From an uncultured Acidobacteriota bacterium (lineage in GTDB: Bacteria > Acidobacteriota > UBA6911), in contig CAWJKZ010000014.1 of the NCBI GenBank assembly GCA_963843575.1, positions 192,001-256,000 on the forward strand: DNA of 64,000 bases. The letters are read 5' to 3'. Below, one piece after another: positions 32,606-42,579 of this stretch. Positions within the stretch are counted from its first letter, which is position 1. The number at the start of each line of letters is the position of its first letter. The position numbers and the translations under genes are program-made. The notes under the pieces are model-generated. The model was given only the letters and a program-made list of their open reading frames with translations. It had not been told where the DNA came from and ran no database searches.

Positions 32606-35239
32606 TCATCGGGCAAGCATAGCTTCGACAATCTCGAAGCTCCTCTGTATAGCATCGGCCAACCTGGAAGAATCTTTACCTCCGGCTTCGGCGAGTTCGG
32701 CTTTACCGCCGCCGGCCCCTCCGACCAGGGGAGCGATCTCCTTGATGATCTTCCCGGCGGGGAGGCGCTTGGCGATATCGGAACTGACCATCACGACAAG
32801 TGCCGCCTTGCCGTCCTGCGGGGAGCCAAGAATGACGACGCCGGACCCGAGCTTGTGCTTCAGCTCGTCGGCCACCGACCGGAGGCTGGCCCGATCCGTC
32901 TCGGGCAGCACCTGGGCCAGCACGTTCACCCCATGGATCTTGCGCGCCTGGCCGGCGAGGTTTGATGTAGCCAGGCGGGCCTGCTGCATCTTGAGTTCCC
33001 CAATCTGGCGCTGCAGATCCCTTATCTGCCCCTGTAGTTTCTCGATGAGGCCCGGGATCTCCTGTCTCGCGACTTTATACTCGATCTGGACGTATTCGAG
33101 CAACTGCTCGTCGGCACGGAAGCGCGCGAGAGCGGCCGGACCGGTCACAGACTCGATGCGTCGCACGCCGGCGGCAATCCCCGCTTCCGAGACGATCTTG
33201 AAGGCGCCGATAGTCCCCGTGGCCGCCACGTGGGTCCCGCCGCACAGTTCCTTGCTGAATCCGGGGATTTCCACCACCCGGACGTGTTCCCTGTACTTTT
33301 CGCCGAACAAGGCGACGGCGCCCGAATCGAGCGCGCGCTCCAAGTCCATAATCTCCGTCCGAACCGGCGTGTTGAGCCAGATCTGCTCGTTGACCTCATC
33401 TTCGACCTTGTCGACCTCGGCGGAGGTGAGGGCCGCGAAGTGGGTAAAGTCGAAGCGCAGCCGGTCGGGAGCGACGAGCGAACCCGCCTGTTTGACGTGC
33501 GGACCGAGGACTTTCCGGAGCGCCGCGTGCAGGAGGTGCGTCGCCGTGTGGTTTTTCATCGTCAGCCGTCGCTTCGCGAGGTCGACCGAAGCCTCGACCT
33601 GGTCCCCGACCTGCAGGCTGCCACTTTCCATTTCCACGACGTGGGCGATCGCGGTCCCCCGATACAGGGTGTCGACGACCCTGGCCCGGTTCACGCCCTG
33701 CAGGAGGAGTCCGGTATCGCCGACCTGGCCCCCCGCCTCGGCATAGAACGGGGTAGGGTCGAGCACCGCCTCGCCGCGCTGCCCCGCCTCGATAGATTCG
33801 GCCCGCTCGCCGTCGACGAGGATGGCGCGTATGTTGGCGGACACGGGGGCGCTGTAGTTGTAGCCGACGAAATCGCTTCTGCCTTCGAAAACAGCCTGGG
33901 CGACCTCCTCGCGTATTTTGCCGACCTCGTAGTCCTGGCGCGAACGGGCGCGCTGTTCCTGAAGCGCCTTGTCGAAGCCGGCCTCATCGACCGTGAACCC
34001 GGACTCCTGGGCGAGGTCCTCGATGATTTCCAGCGGCAATCCCCTCGTGTCGTAAAGGAAAAAGGCGACATCGCCGGGCAGCACGCGGGAGCCGGAGGCT
34101 GCGAGGCGGCGCGTCCGGTCGTAGAAATCGCGCAAACCCATCCCGAGCGTGTCCGCGAAAGACTCCTCCTCCTGGCGGATCACCCGTGCCACCGTTTCCC
34201 GGGCCCGGACGAGCTCGGGATAGGCGGTCCCCATGAGTTCGGTTACGGCACCCGCCACCTGGAAGATGAACGGGCCCTCGATCTTTAGTCTCTTGCCGTG
34301 CACGACCGCCCGCCGCATGATCTTGCGCAGCACGTAGCCGCGCTTGTCGTTGCCCGGGTACTGTCCGTCGGCGACGGCGAATGTGGCCGCGCGGGCGTGG
34401 TCGGCGACGATACGCATCGAGATGTCGTCATTGGGATCGGCGCCGTATTCGGTGTTGGCCAGTCGCGCGATCTCCTGCAAGAGCGGCTGAAACAGGTCTG
34501 TGTCGTAGTTGGTGAGCTTGCCCTGCAGAATCGTCGTGATGCGCTCGAACCCCATACCCGTGTCGATGGACGGGGAGGGGAGGGGGGCCATTTCACCCGC
34601 TGCGTCCCGGTTGAACTGCATGAAGACGAGGTTCCATATCTCGACCCACCGGCCGCAGGGGCACGTCAGATCGCATGGCCCGTGATCCGGAATCGGGCTT
34701 ACGCCGAAATCGTAGTGCAGTTCGGAGCATGGCCCGCACGGGCCGGTGTCGCCCATGGCCCAGAAATTGTCCTTTTCGCCGAGCCGGTAGATCCTGTCGG
34801 AGGGAACCCCGACCCCCTTGTGCCAGAGGTCCCATGCCTGGTCGTCGTCACGGAAAACCGTGATCCAGAGCTTCTTGCGGTCGAGACCGAAGTCCCTGGT
34901 CACGAGCTCCCAGGCGAAGCGGATCGCGTCTTCCTTGAAGTAGTCTCCGAAGGAGAAGTTCCCGAGCATCTCGAAGAAGGTGTGGTGGCGGGGAGAGTGG
35001 CCCACGTCCTTGAAATCGTTGTGCTTGCCGCTCACCCGCATGCACTTCTGGCTCGTCGTCGCCCGCCGGTAGGGACGGGTCTCCTTGCCCAGAAAAACCT
35101 CTTTGAACTGGTTCATCCCGGCGTTGGTGAACAGCAGGGTAGGGTCGTTGAACGGGATGAGGGAAGAACTCGACACGATCTTGTGGCCGTTCGCCTCGAA
35201 ATAGTTCAGGAACGCTTCGCGAATTTCGCTGCTTCGCAA
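32606..35239 (-). CDS. alaS: Alanyl-tRNA synthetase
   Basis: LLFTNAGMNQFK, HHTFFEMLGNFSFGDYFK, IDTGMG.ER, HTATHLLH, ELCGGTH. Confidence 0.99.
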   Translation of the reverse strand: MRSSEIREAFLNYFEANGHKIVSSSSLIPFNDPTLLFTNAGMNQFKEVFLGKETRPYRRATTSQKCMRVSGKHNDFKDVGHSPRHHTFFEMLGNFSFGDYFKEDAIRFAWELVTRDFGLDRKKLWITVFRDDDQAWDLWHKGVGVPSDRIYRLGEKDNFWAMGDTGPCGPCSELHYDFGVSPIPDHGPCDLTCPCGRWVEIWNLVFMQFNRDAAGEMAPLPSPSIDTGMGFERITTILQGKLTNYDTDLFQPLLQEIARLANTEYGADPNDDISMRIVADHARAATFAVADGQYPGNDKRGYVLRKIMRRAVVHGKRLKIEGPFIFQVAGAVTELMGTAYPELVRARETVARVIRQEEESFADTLGMGLRDFYDRTRRLAASGSRVLPGDVAFFLYDTRGLPLEIIEDLAQESGFTVDEAGFDKALQEQRARSRQDYEVGKIREEVAQAVFEGRSDFVGYNYSAPVSANIRAILVDGERAESIEAGQRGEAVLDPTPFYAEAGGQVGDTGLLLQGVNRARVVDTLYRGTAIAHVVEMESGSLQVGDQVEASVDLAKRRLTMKNHTATHLLHAALRKVLGPHVKQAGSLVAPDRLRFDFTHFAALTSAEVDKVEDEVNEQIWLNTPVRTEIMDLERALDSGAVALFGEKYREHVRVVEIPGFSKELCGGTHVAATGTIGAFKIVSEAGIAAGVRRIESVTGPAALARFRADEQLLEYVQIEYKVARQEIPGLIEKLQGQIRDLQRQIGELKMQQARLATSNLAGQARKIHGVNVLAQVLPETDRASLRSVADELKHKLGSGVVILGSPQDGKAALVVMVSSDIAKRLPAGKIIKEIAPLVGGAGGGKAELAEAGGKDSSRLADAIQRSFEIVEAMLAR

Positions 35240-35240
35240 T

Positions 35241-35744
35241 TCAGTCTCCGCTGTCGTCGCGCTGCCAGACTGCAGCCGGGATCAGGTCCCGCAGCGCGGC
35301 CCAAATGTGATCTTCGAAAAAGCCACGCCGCCTGAGGTGGGCGACAAGCCTCTGGACTCCCCTGCGGTCGGCAGGCAAACCGGACCTGCGGCAGTGTCTT
35401 TCGATGTACTCGGCGCAGCGTGACGGCGTCGCCGAGATCGCGTCGGACACGCTCTACCGTCGATTCGGCAAGGCCCGGCGCCACGTGGCGGCGCAGCAGG
35501 GCCTGGCGCAGCCTGCAGCGGTCCCCAACCCTGTACCTTGGCCCGGTAGAAAGCGAAATTATACGCGTATTCGTGCGTCGTTGAGAAGGTTGAGCTCCTG
35601 CAGGCGGTCCAGAGCGGCCTCGACCTCCGTCTCCGCGCCGTAACGGAGGAGTTTCAGACGCAGTTCTCCCCGGGAGTGGGGCCTCCGGCCGAGGATGGCT
35701 CCCGCTTTATTGAGCAGCTTCTTCTGGACATCCGGGTCGGTCAC
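35241..35744 (-). CDS. recX: RecX regulator; several frameshifts
   Basis: LGRRPHSRGELRLKL..L.RLQELNLLND..YA; HLRRRGF; immediately upstream of alaS; GTG overlaps the pilT stop. Confidence 0.82.
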
Positions 35745-36868
35745 GAACTCTGGCCCGCGAGCTCCTGTTCCATGGCTTCGATGGCGGCATCCTTTGTGGT
35801 GTAGATGCCCTGGACCCGCAACTTGAATTCGTCCGGGTTGCTCGCGTAGTCTAGCGCATCTTCGTAGGAAACGCGCCCTGACTTGTAGTGTTCGTAGATG
35901 GACTGATCGAAGGTCTGCATGCCGTACTGCGACGTTCCCGCTGCAATCGCCTGGCGGATGAGCCTCGTCTTTTCCTGATCCAGGATGCAATTGCGGATGT
36001 ATTCGGTCACGACCATGACCTCGACCGCAGGCACTCGGCCAGGGGTGTCCGACCGGCGGATGAGGCGCATGGAGATGACCGCTTTGAGCACCATGGCCAG
36101 CTGCATGCGAATCTGTCGCTGCTGGTGGGACGGGAACACGGCTATGATGCGGTTGACGGTTTCTATCGCGTCGAGGGTGTGCAGGGTGCTGAAGACAAGG
36201 TGGCCGGTTTCGGCCGCAAGCAATGCAGTCTCAATAGTTTCCAGATCACGCATCTCGCCCACCAGGATTACGTCAGGGTCCTGGCGCAGCGCGCTGCGCA
36301 AGGCAGCTCCGAAATTGGCGGCGTCGACCGACACCTCGCGCTGGCTGATGATGCTCATGCGGTCCGTGTGCTGGAACTCGATCGGGTCTTCCACCGTGAT
36401 GATGTGACGAGTCATGCGCTCGTTGACGTAGTTGATCATCGAGGCCAGCGTGGTCGATTTGCCGCTTCCGGTTGTACCGGTAACGAGCACCAGGCCGCGC
36501 GGTTCGGCCGCGATCTTCTCCAGCACCTTGGGGAGGTGCAGGTCGTCGAGCGTCAGCACGCTGATCGGGATGGCGCGTATGGCGATCGAGACGGTGCCCC
36601 GCTGCTGGAAAACGTTGATGCGGAATCTCCCCAAGCCCTTCAGCCCGTATCCGACATCGGCCTCGGCGGTGTCCCTGAACCGCTGTTTCTGCTTGTTGTT
36701 CATGATCGAGAACGCCATCATCAGGCTGTCTTCCCTGCCGATCTTGCCGTATTCGGCCAGCGGCAGAAGGTCGCCGTTGAGGCGGATGTGGGGGAAACAG
36801 CCGACTTTCAGGTGCAAGTCCGAGGCACCCTTGGCGACCATCGCACGCAACAGAGTATCGAGGTCCAT
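35741..36868 (-). CDS. pilT: PilT/PilU-family retraction ATPase
   Basis: GASDLHL, GTTGSGKSTT, EDPIEF, ALRQDPDVILVGEMRD, ETGHLVFSTLHT, GMQTFDQ. Confidence 0.93.
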   Translation of the reverse strand: MDLDTLLRAMVAKGASDLHLKVGCFPHIRLNGDLLPLAEYGKIGREDSLMMAFSIMNNKQKQRFRDTAEADVGYGLKGLGRFRINVFQQRGTVSIAIRAIPISVLTLDDLHLPKVLEKIAAEPRGLVLVTGTTGSGKSTTLASMINYVNERMTRHIITVEDPIEFQHTDRMSIISQREVSVDAANFGAALRSALRQDPDVILVGEMRDLETIETALLAAETGHLVFSTLHTLDAIETVNRIIAVFPSHQQRQIRMQLAMVLKAVISMRLIRRSDTPGRVPAVEVMVVTEYIRNCILDQEKTRLIRQAIAAGTSQYGMQTFDQSIYEHYKSGRVSYEDALDYASNPDEFKLRVQGIYTTKDAAIEAMEQELAGQSS

Positions 36869-36948
36869 GGCAATCCTTTAGTATGGCCTGCACCGCACCG
36901 CCGCGGGGTCGATCCAAGGCGAATCCCTTGCGTTCTAATGATTTAACC

Positions 36949-36977
36949 TTGACTGCCCCGGACGCTTTCCGTAACAT
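36949..36977 (+). promoter_or_regulatory. Promoter, near-leaderless
   Basis: TTGACT-17-TAACAT-9nt-ATG(36987). Confidence 0.55.
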
Positions 36978-36986
36978 TCGTAACCT

Positions 36987-37407
36987 ATGGAAACGGAACC
37001 CCTACCACAACCAGTTCAAGATGTTCAGCCGGAGGCAGGCATGATCAAGGCGATCGGGGCCTGCCTGGCCGGCGCTCTCGTCCCGGGTCTCGGGCACGCG
37101 CTCCTGCAGAAGTGGGACCGGGCCCTGGTTTTCTGCGGCAGCATCGCACTCATGTTCGCCCTCGGGTTGCGCCTTCAGGGGCGGCTCTTCGGCCCGGATT
37201 TTTCCGACTTGTTCTCAAGCCTCAAATTCGTCGCCGACGCAGGCGACGGGCTTGCTCTACTGGGTGTCCTGGATCCGCGGGCTCGGACCGGGCGAACCTA
37301 GCGCCTACACCTATGATTTCGGCAACGTTTTCGTCTACGTCGCCGGTCTTCTGAACATGCTGGTCGTGGTCGACGTGTTCGACATTGCGATGGGCAGGAA
37401 GCGATGA
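36987..37407 (+). CDS. Membrane protein (DUF6677-like); frameshift near 37245
   Basis: LVPGLGH...; repaired C-terminus YDFGNVFVYVAGLLNMLVVVDVFDIAMGRKR. Confidence 0.78.
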
Positions 37408-37577
37408 ACAACCATTTCGTCCTGATGGTCATCTTCAGCCTGCTCACGTCGCTGGTTTTCACCTTCATCGCCAAGACCGGCGCACGGGAGCGGGTCAAGT
37501 ACTTCTTTTACCTTTTCGGCTGCTTCGTCCTCCTGTCGATTCTGGCGGGATGGCTCATGTACCCGTTCCCGTTCTGA
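37404..37577 (+). CDS. 57-aa two-TM small protein (not in the ORF track)
   Basis: ATGA overlap with the upstream stop; MNNHFVLMVIFSLLTSLVFTFIAKTGARERVKYFFYLFGCFVLLSILAGWLMYPFPF. Confidence 0.8.
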   Translation: MNNHFVLMVIFSLLTSLVFTFIAKTGARERVKYFFYLFGCFVLLSILAGWLMYPFPF

Positions 37578-37615
37578 TCGGCGGCTGACTCGTCTCTTAT
37601 TCAGGGAAATCGCTC

Positions 37616-38027
37616 ATGAAGTGGCGCGCGGGCGGGCGTTTTCTGGCTTTCAAGGCGCCCGCGCTCGCCTACATGGCGTTTATATTCTTCATGAGTTCGG
37701 GGCCGATAACCTCCAAGACCCTGAACGAGGTCCCCGACTACGTCCTCCATGCCCTCGGCTACGCGTTGCTGTGCCTTCTGCTCTTCTGGGCGATCCACGA
37801 GGGCGTGCGGGTCGCGCGTGCGCGCTGGGGATACTGGCTTCCTGCCGTCCTCACCGTCCTGTATGGAATATCGGACGAATTCCACCAGTCCTTTATCCCG
37901 ACGCGTCAGAGCTCGATATCGGATGTCGGGGCGGATGCCGTGGGTGCGTTGGTCGGATGTCCTGCTGCTCGTGCTTGCTGCACGCGCAACTATACCCGTT
38001 CCGCGTGGCTCGGCGGCCTTGATATAA
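37616..38027 (+). CDS. VanZ-family membrane protein; probable frameshift near 37958
   Basis: YMAFIFFMSS, D..LH...Y, YGISDEFHQSFIPTR.....D..AD. Confidence 0.87.
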
Positions 38028-38125
38028 TCGCGGCGCCTCAGAACCGCGGGCACGCTCTTCCGGCCAAGCCGTGCGCTCCCGAGCCGGGCATTACGCGGAA
38101 ACTCAAGCCGTCGAGGGAGGGGCCG

Positions 38126-39141
38126 ATGGGCACCAGCCTCCTGCAGCAGATCAGAGAGTGCAACAGCAACTACAGGGCCGGGCAACCGCGGCTCCTGGAC
38201 TGCGTCGGGTGACCCGTTCATCGTTCTGGCGTGCATCGATCCGCGGCTGACCGGACTGCTCGAGCCCGCGCTCGGGCTGCCACGCCATCGTGCCCTGGTG
38301 ATCCGGGTGGCGGGAAACCGAGTTTCCGAAACCGCGCCGGAAGTGCTCCGGTCGATTGCCGCGGGAGCCTACATCAAGGGGGGCACGGAACTGTTCGTGG
38401 TGGGGCATACCGACTGCGCCATGGCCAGCTTTTCCAGCGCCCAGGTCGATCGAGAACTTCCGCAGGGCAGGTGTGGCACGCAGCGCGTTTGGCGATGACG
38501 ACCTCCGCGCCTGGTTCGGCGCGTTTCCGGACGTCCGGAGCAACGTGTTGTCCGGGATTGCTTATGTCCGCCGGTCTGGAATCCTGTCGCCTCAGTTCAA
38601 GGTGCATGGACTCATGCTCGGTACGGACGACGGCACGGTCGAGGTGATTCACGACGGTGACGCCTCGGCGGCGGTCGCGCCGCCGGTCATTCCCGTCAGC
38701 CCGGGCCGGGAAGCCGAAATCAAGCCGCCGGTGGAGAAGACGACGGAGCGGCGCGTTCCCGAAACTCCGCCGATCCCGGGGCCGCATGTGCAACACGGGC
38801 CGAAGGCGGTGATTATCGGCGCGCCACGGCCGGTGCCCCCAGGCCAGCCGCCCGCCGCTCCGCCCGCTTCGGTCGCGGCGGCCGCCATGGTGTTGCGCGA
38901 CTTCTTCCTCAAGGAGAGCGGTGATGCGCACTTCCAGCAGACCGCCCTCGACCTGAAGACCCTCGTGAAACACGAGCGGAATCCGGCCCGGATCCTCTCG
39001 GTGCTGGAGCGCATCGCCAGGGACTACCGTGCCCGGTATCCGGAACTGCCCGCGACGCTGGAGTATCTGAAGCAGACGCTCCAGACCGAAGGCGCGGCCG
39101 GGATGCAGTTCATGGAATTCATGAAGCGGATTCTCGAATGA
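38126..39141 (+). CDS. Beta-class carbonic anhydrase-like protein with Pro linker and extra helical domain; frameshifts near 38208 and 38447
   Basis: Repaired frame gives CIDPRL, IRVAGN and GHTDC, matching the CxDxR/HxxC zinc ligands. Confidence 0.82.
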
Positions 39142-39234
39142 ATACGCAGCGGAACGCCGGAGCAGGCTGCCGCCGCATCGAAGCCCTCTGAGTGTGAGCG
39201 TCGAAAACTCCTTCCGGGGGGTGTCCGAGCACTT

Positions 39235-39978
39235 ATGAACCCGCAGAACCGAACAGCCATCGTGACCGGGGCGACCCGGGGGATTGGGCGAGGCATCGCG
39301 CTTGAGTTGGCTCGGCGCGGGTGCAACGTCGCGTTCAACTATGTCCGTAACACCGCGGCCGCCGAACTTCTGGTGGGGGAGATAGCCGCCCTGGGGACCA
39401 CCGCGACGGCATTTCAGGCTGACGTGGCCGATCCTGCCGCCGTGGATGCCATGGTGCGACACGTCAAGGAGCAGTTCGGCCGCATCGATTACCTGGTCAA
39501 CAACGCCGGGATCATCCGCGACGGGCTGCTCCTGCGCATGTCCGAAGCGGACTGGGACGCCGTGATCGACACGAATCTCAAAGGGGCTTTTCACTTCTCC
39601 AAGGCGGTCGCGGCCGTCATGGTCAGGGCGCGCTTCGGTTCCATCCTGAACATCACCTCGATCAGTGGACTGGTCGGCATGGCGGGCCAGACCAACTACT
39701 CGGCGTCCAAGGCCGGGCTGATCGGGTTGACGAAAGCCACGGCCAAGGAAATCGCGGGGAGAAACGTCACGGTCAATGCGCTTGCCCTCGGACTGGTCGA
39801 CACCGACATGACCCAGGGTCTCAGCGGGGAATACCGCGCGAAAATGTTGGAGGCCGTGCCGCTGAAGCGCTTCGCGACGGTCGAGGAGGTCGCGCGCGTC
39901 GCGGCCTTCCTGCTCTCGGATGACGCGCGCTACATGACGGGCCAGGTCGTTCAGGTCGACGGCGGTCTCGCGATCTAG
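39235..39978 (+). CDS. fabG: 3-oxoacyl-ACP reductase-like SDR
   Basis: TGATRGIG, NNAGI.RD, NYSASKAG, TGQV..VDGG. Confidence 0.85.
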   Translation: MNPQNRTAIVTGATRGIGRGIALELARRGCNVAFNYVRNTAAAELLVGEIAALGTTATAFQADVADPAAVDAMVRHVKEQFGRIDYLVNNAGIIRDGLLLRMSEADWDAVIDTNLKGAFHFSKAVAAVMVRARFGSILNITSISGLVGMAGQTNYSASKAGLIGLTKATAKEIAGRNVTVNALALGLVDTDMTQGLSGEYRAKMLEAVPLKRFATVEEVARVAAFLLSDDARYMTGQVVQVDGGLAI

Positions 39979-40131
39979 GCCTCCCCTGAGAGCCGAACGG
40001 AAGGCGAGATCATTCGGTGCCGCGGGTGCCGGTACCGGTGCGACTGTTACCGGCCACTGGCAAGCGGCTTTGACCCGACAAATTGTTGGCACTTCGGCCG
40101 GCTCCGGCGTTTATCAGACCGGAGGCGGACT

Positions 40132-40818
40132 GTGAACGGGGGACTCGAGACGCAGTGGGCGTCGGCGGCCGGTCATCCGAACGTGGATGGCGCAATCGAC
40201 GGGGTCGCGGCCCTGCTCGCCCTGGTTCTCGACGGCGGCCGAAACAGCTCGGCCGCGCAGGCTTCCTCGCGACGGCTGCTGAGGCACTTCGGGTCGGCCG
40301 GCGCACTGGCGCAGGCTTCCGAAGCTGAAATATGCCGTGCCGGAAGGGTCAGCAGTCGGCAGGCAGGCCGGCTGCAGGCCGCCCTCGCGCTGGGCAGGCA
40401 GCTCTGTTCTGCCCCGCTGAAGCCAGGACAGCGCTTCTCGAACAGCCGTGACCTCTTTGAACGCTACCGCGCCCAGTTCTTCTCGGCCAACAAGGAGTAT
40501 TTCGTATCGCTGCACCTGAACTCCAAGAACCAGCTGATCCGCGAGGTGCTGATCTCCATAGGAAGTTTGAGCACTTCCGTGGTGCACCCGCGCGAGGTGT
40601 TCGCCCCCGCCGTGCGCGACAGCACGGCAGGGCTGATTTTCCTGCACAACCATCCTTCGGGTGACCCCGCGCCCAGCCGCGAGGACCGCGAATGCACCAG
40701 CCGGCTGTGCCAGGCCGGGAGGATCCTGGGTATCCGCGTCCTGGACCACGTCGTTCTGGGGCACGAAGACTACTTCAGCTTCGCCGACGCAGGGTTGCTG
40801 CTCGAAGGACAACAATAG
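40132..40818 (+). CDS. radC: RadC/JAB-domain protein
   Basis: GSLSTSVVHPREVF, HNHPSGDP.PS.ED, LDHVVLG..YFSF. Confidence 0.92.
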   Translation: MNGGLETQWASAAGHPNVDGAIDGVAALLALVLDGGRNSSAAQASSRRLLRHFGSAGALAQASEAEICRAGRVSSRQAGRLQAALALGRQLCSAPLKPGQRFSNSRDLFERYRAQFFSANKEYFVSLHLNSKNQLIREVLISIGSLSTSVVHPREVFAPAVRDSTAGLIFLHNHPSGDPAPSREDRECTSRLCQAGRILGIRVLDHVVLGHEDYFSFADAGLLLEGQQ

Positions 40819-40932
40819 CCCGGCAGCAGGAGGCCGTTGCGCGGATCACGATGAGCTTGCCTGTGCGGAAGCGCTGCTGCTAGAATGCCGCGTTCGAACG
40901 ATAGTTCCGTTATCGGCAGGCGCTCTGGTCTC

Positions 40933-41907
40933 ATGAAAATCAAAAGCCTTAAGGATACCAACGACACGTTCGATCTCCGTTTTCCCCAGAACAGGCCTTA
41001 CGATCTGGTCGGGTTCGGGCTGAACGCGGTCGATCACCTGTGCATCGTTCCGCACTACCCACGTTTCGACACCAAGACCGAAATCCTGCATTACGAGAAA
41101 CTCGCGGGCGGGCAGGTGGCCACCACCGTGACGTTCGTCTCGCGCATGGGCATGCGCGGGAAATACATCGGCAAGGTGGGCTCCGACGAACTGGGCGAGT
41201 TCTCGCTGCAGAGCCTGCGTTCGGAGGACATCGACACGTCCTCCGTCCTGGTTGAGGAAGGTGCGCGCAACCAGTACGCGTTCATAATCATCGACAAAAA
41301 CAACGGGGAACGCACGATCCTCTGGGAGCGGGACCGGCGCCTGAGCTTCAGGGACTCGGAACTCAGGCGGGACGAGGTCTGCGCCGGGCGCATCCTGCAC
41401 CTCGACGGGCACGACTGCGACGCCGCTCTGCGCGCGGCCCAATGGGCCCAGGAGGAAGGAATCCCGGTCGTCATCGACCTCGACAAGGTCGTACCCAACA
41501 GCCGCGAACTGATCGCCAACGTCGATTTCCTCATCACGAGCTCGAACTTCCCTCCCGATTTTACGGGAATTGCCGACCCAATCGAATCGCTGCTGGCCCT
41601 GCGGGAGTTCTGCGGAGGCTTCCTGGCGGTCACCCTCGGAGTGCAGGGGGCGATGGCCGTCGTCGGCGATGAATGCGTGAGGTTTCCGGCCTTCAAGGTG
41701 CACGCGGTCGACACGACGGGCGCAGGGGACATCTTCCACGGCGGTTTCATCTACGGCCTGCTGCGCAACTGGTGCCTCGAACAGATCATGTCCTTCGCCA
41801 ATGCAGCCGCGGGCCTGAACTGCACTCACCTCGGAGCGCGTTCCGGGATACCCCCGCTCGCGGAGATCCTGAAACTGGCCAATTCCGGCGCGTATCATCA
41901 CGCCTGA
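40933..41907 (+). CDS. PfkB-family carbohydrate kinase
   Basis: GKVGSDELG, GERTI, VDTTGAGDIFHGG. Confidence 0.92.
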   Translation: MKIKSLKDTNDTFDLRFPQNRPYDLVGFGLNAVDHLCIVPHYPRFDTKTEILHYEKLAGGQVATTVTFVSRMGMRGKYIGKVGSDELGEFSLQSLRSEDIDTSSVLVEEGARNQYAFIIIDKNNGERTILWERDRRLSFRDSELRRDEVCAGRILHLDGHDCDAALRAAQWAQEEGIPVVIDLDKVVPNSRELIANVDFLITSSNFPPDFTGIADPIESLLALREFCGGFLAVTLGVQGAMAVVGDECVRFPAFKVHAVDTTGAGDIFHGGFIYGLLRNWCLEQIMSFANAAAGLNCTHLGARSGIPPLAEILKLANSGAYHHA

Positions 41908-41956
41908 GACGCCGTTGTCCGTCTGATAATTCTGATAACATTGAGTCGGGTTGGCG

Positions 41957-42565
41957 ATGAAGTCGATTTTTCTCATGGACGTCGACACGCAGCGGGACTT
42001 CATGGTCCCGGCCGGGGCGTGGCGCATCCACGGCGCCGAGCGCCTGATCCCACGGTTGCGCCGACTGTTCGATTTCGCGCGCAGAAACGGCGTTTCGATC
42101 GTCTCCACGGCGGAAATCCACCCACCGGATGATCCCGAGTTCCTGAATTTCGCCCCGCACTGTGTGCGCGGCACCGACGGGCAGCGCAAGATCGACGACA
42201 CGCTGCTCCCGCGCGCCGTCACCGTCGAAACCCGTCCCATCGACCGCAACCTCGTCGAACTGGTGCGGAAGCACCAGCAGATTGTCATCCAGAAGGAGCA
42301 GTTCGACGTGTTCAGCAATCCGATGACCGAGAAGCTGCTCCGGGCCCTTCCCCAGCACGCCATCGTGTGCGGCGTCATCGCCGAGCACTCGGTCCGCCTG
42401 GCTTGCCTTGGGCTGCGCAGTATGGGGGTGAAGACCGCGCTGGTCGGCGACGCGGTCGGTGCGCTGGCCAAGGACTCGGCAGACCGGGCCTTTGCGGAAC
42501 TGAGGGGCGCGGGCGTGGAATTCACCACCGTCGATGCGCTGCTCTCGGCGCTGCAGGGGGGGTGA
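41957..42565 (+). CDS. Isochorismatase/nicotinamidase-family protein
   Basis: DVDTQRDF, H..DD.EF..F.PHCV.GT.G, K..FDVF. Confidence 0.85.
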   Translation: MKSIFLMDVDTQRDFMVPAGAWRIHGAERLIPRLRRLFDFARRNGVSIVSTAEIHPPDDPEFLNFAPHCVRGTDGQRKIDDTLLPRAVTVETRPIDRNLVELVRKHQQIVIQKEQFDVFSNPMTEKLLRALPQHAIVCGVIAEHSVRLACLGLRSMGVKTALVGDAVGALAKDSADRAFAELRGAGVEFTTVDALLSALQGG

Positions 42566-42579
42566 TTTTCAGAGGACAA

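Noticed and set aside
37616-38027. Glycopeptide resistance from vanZ
   Set aside because: VanZ-like proteins are widespread, and no van cluster genes are nearby.
40132-40818. radC as a marker of a mobile element or defence island
   Set aside because: It is a full-length chromosomal-type RadC among housekeeping genes, with no integrase or att site.
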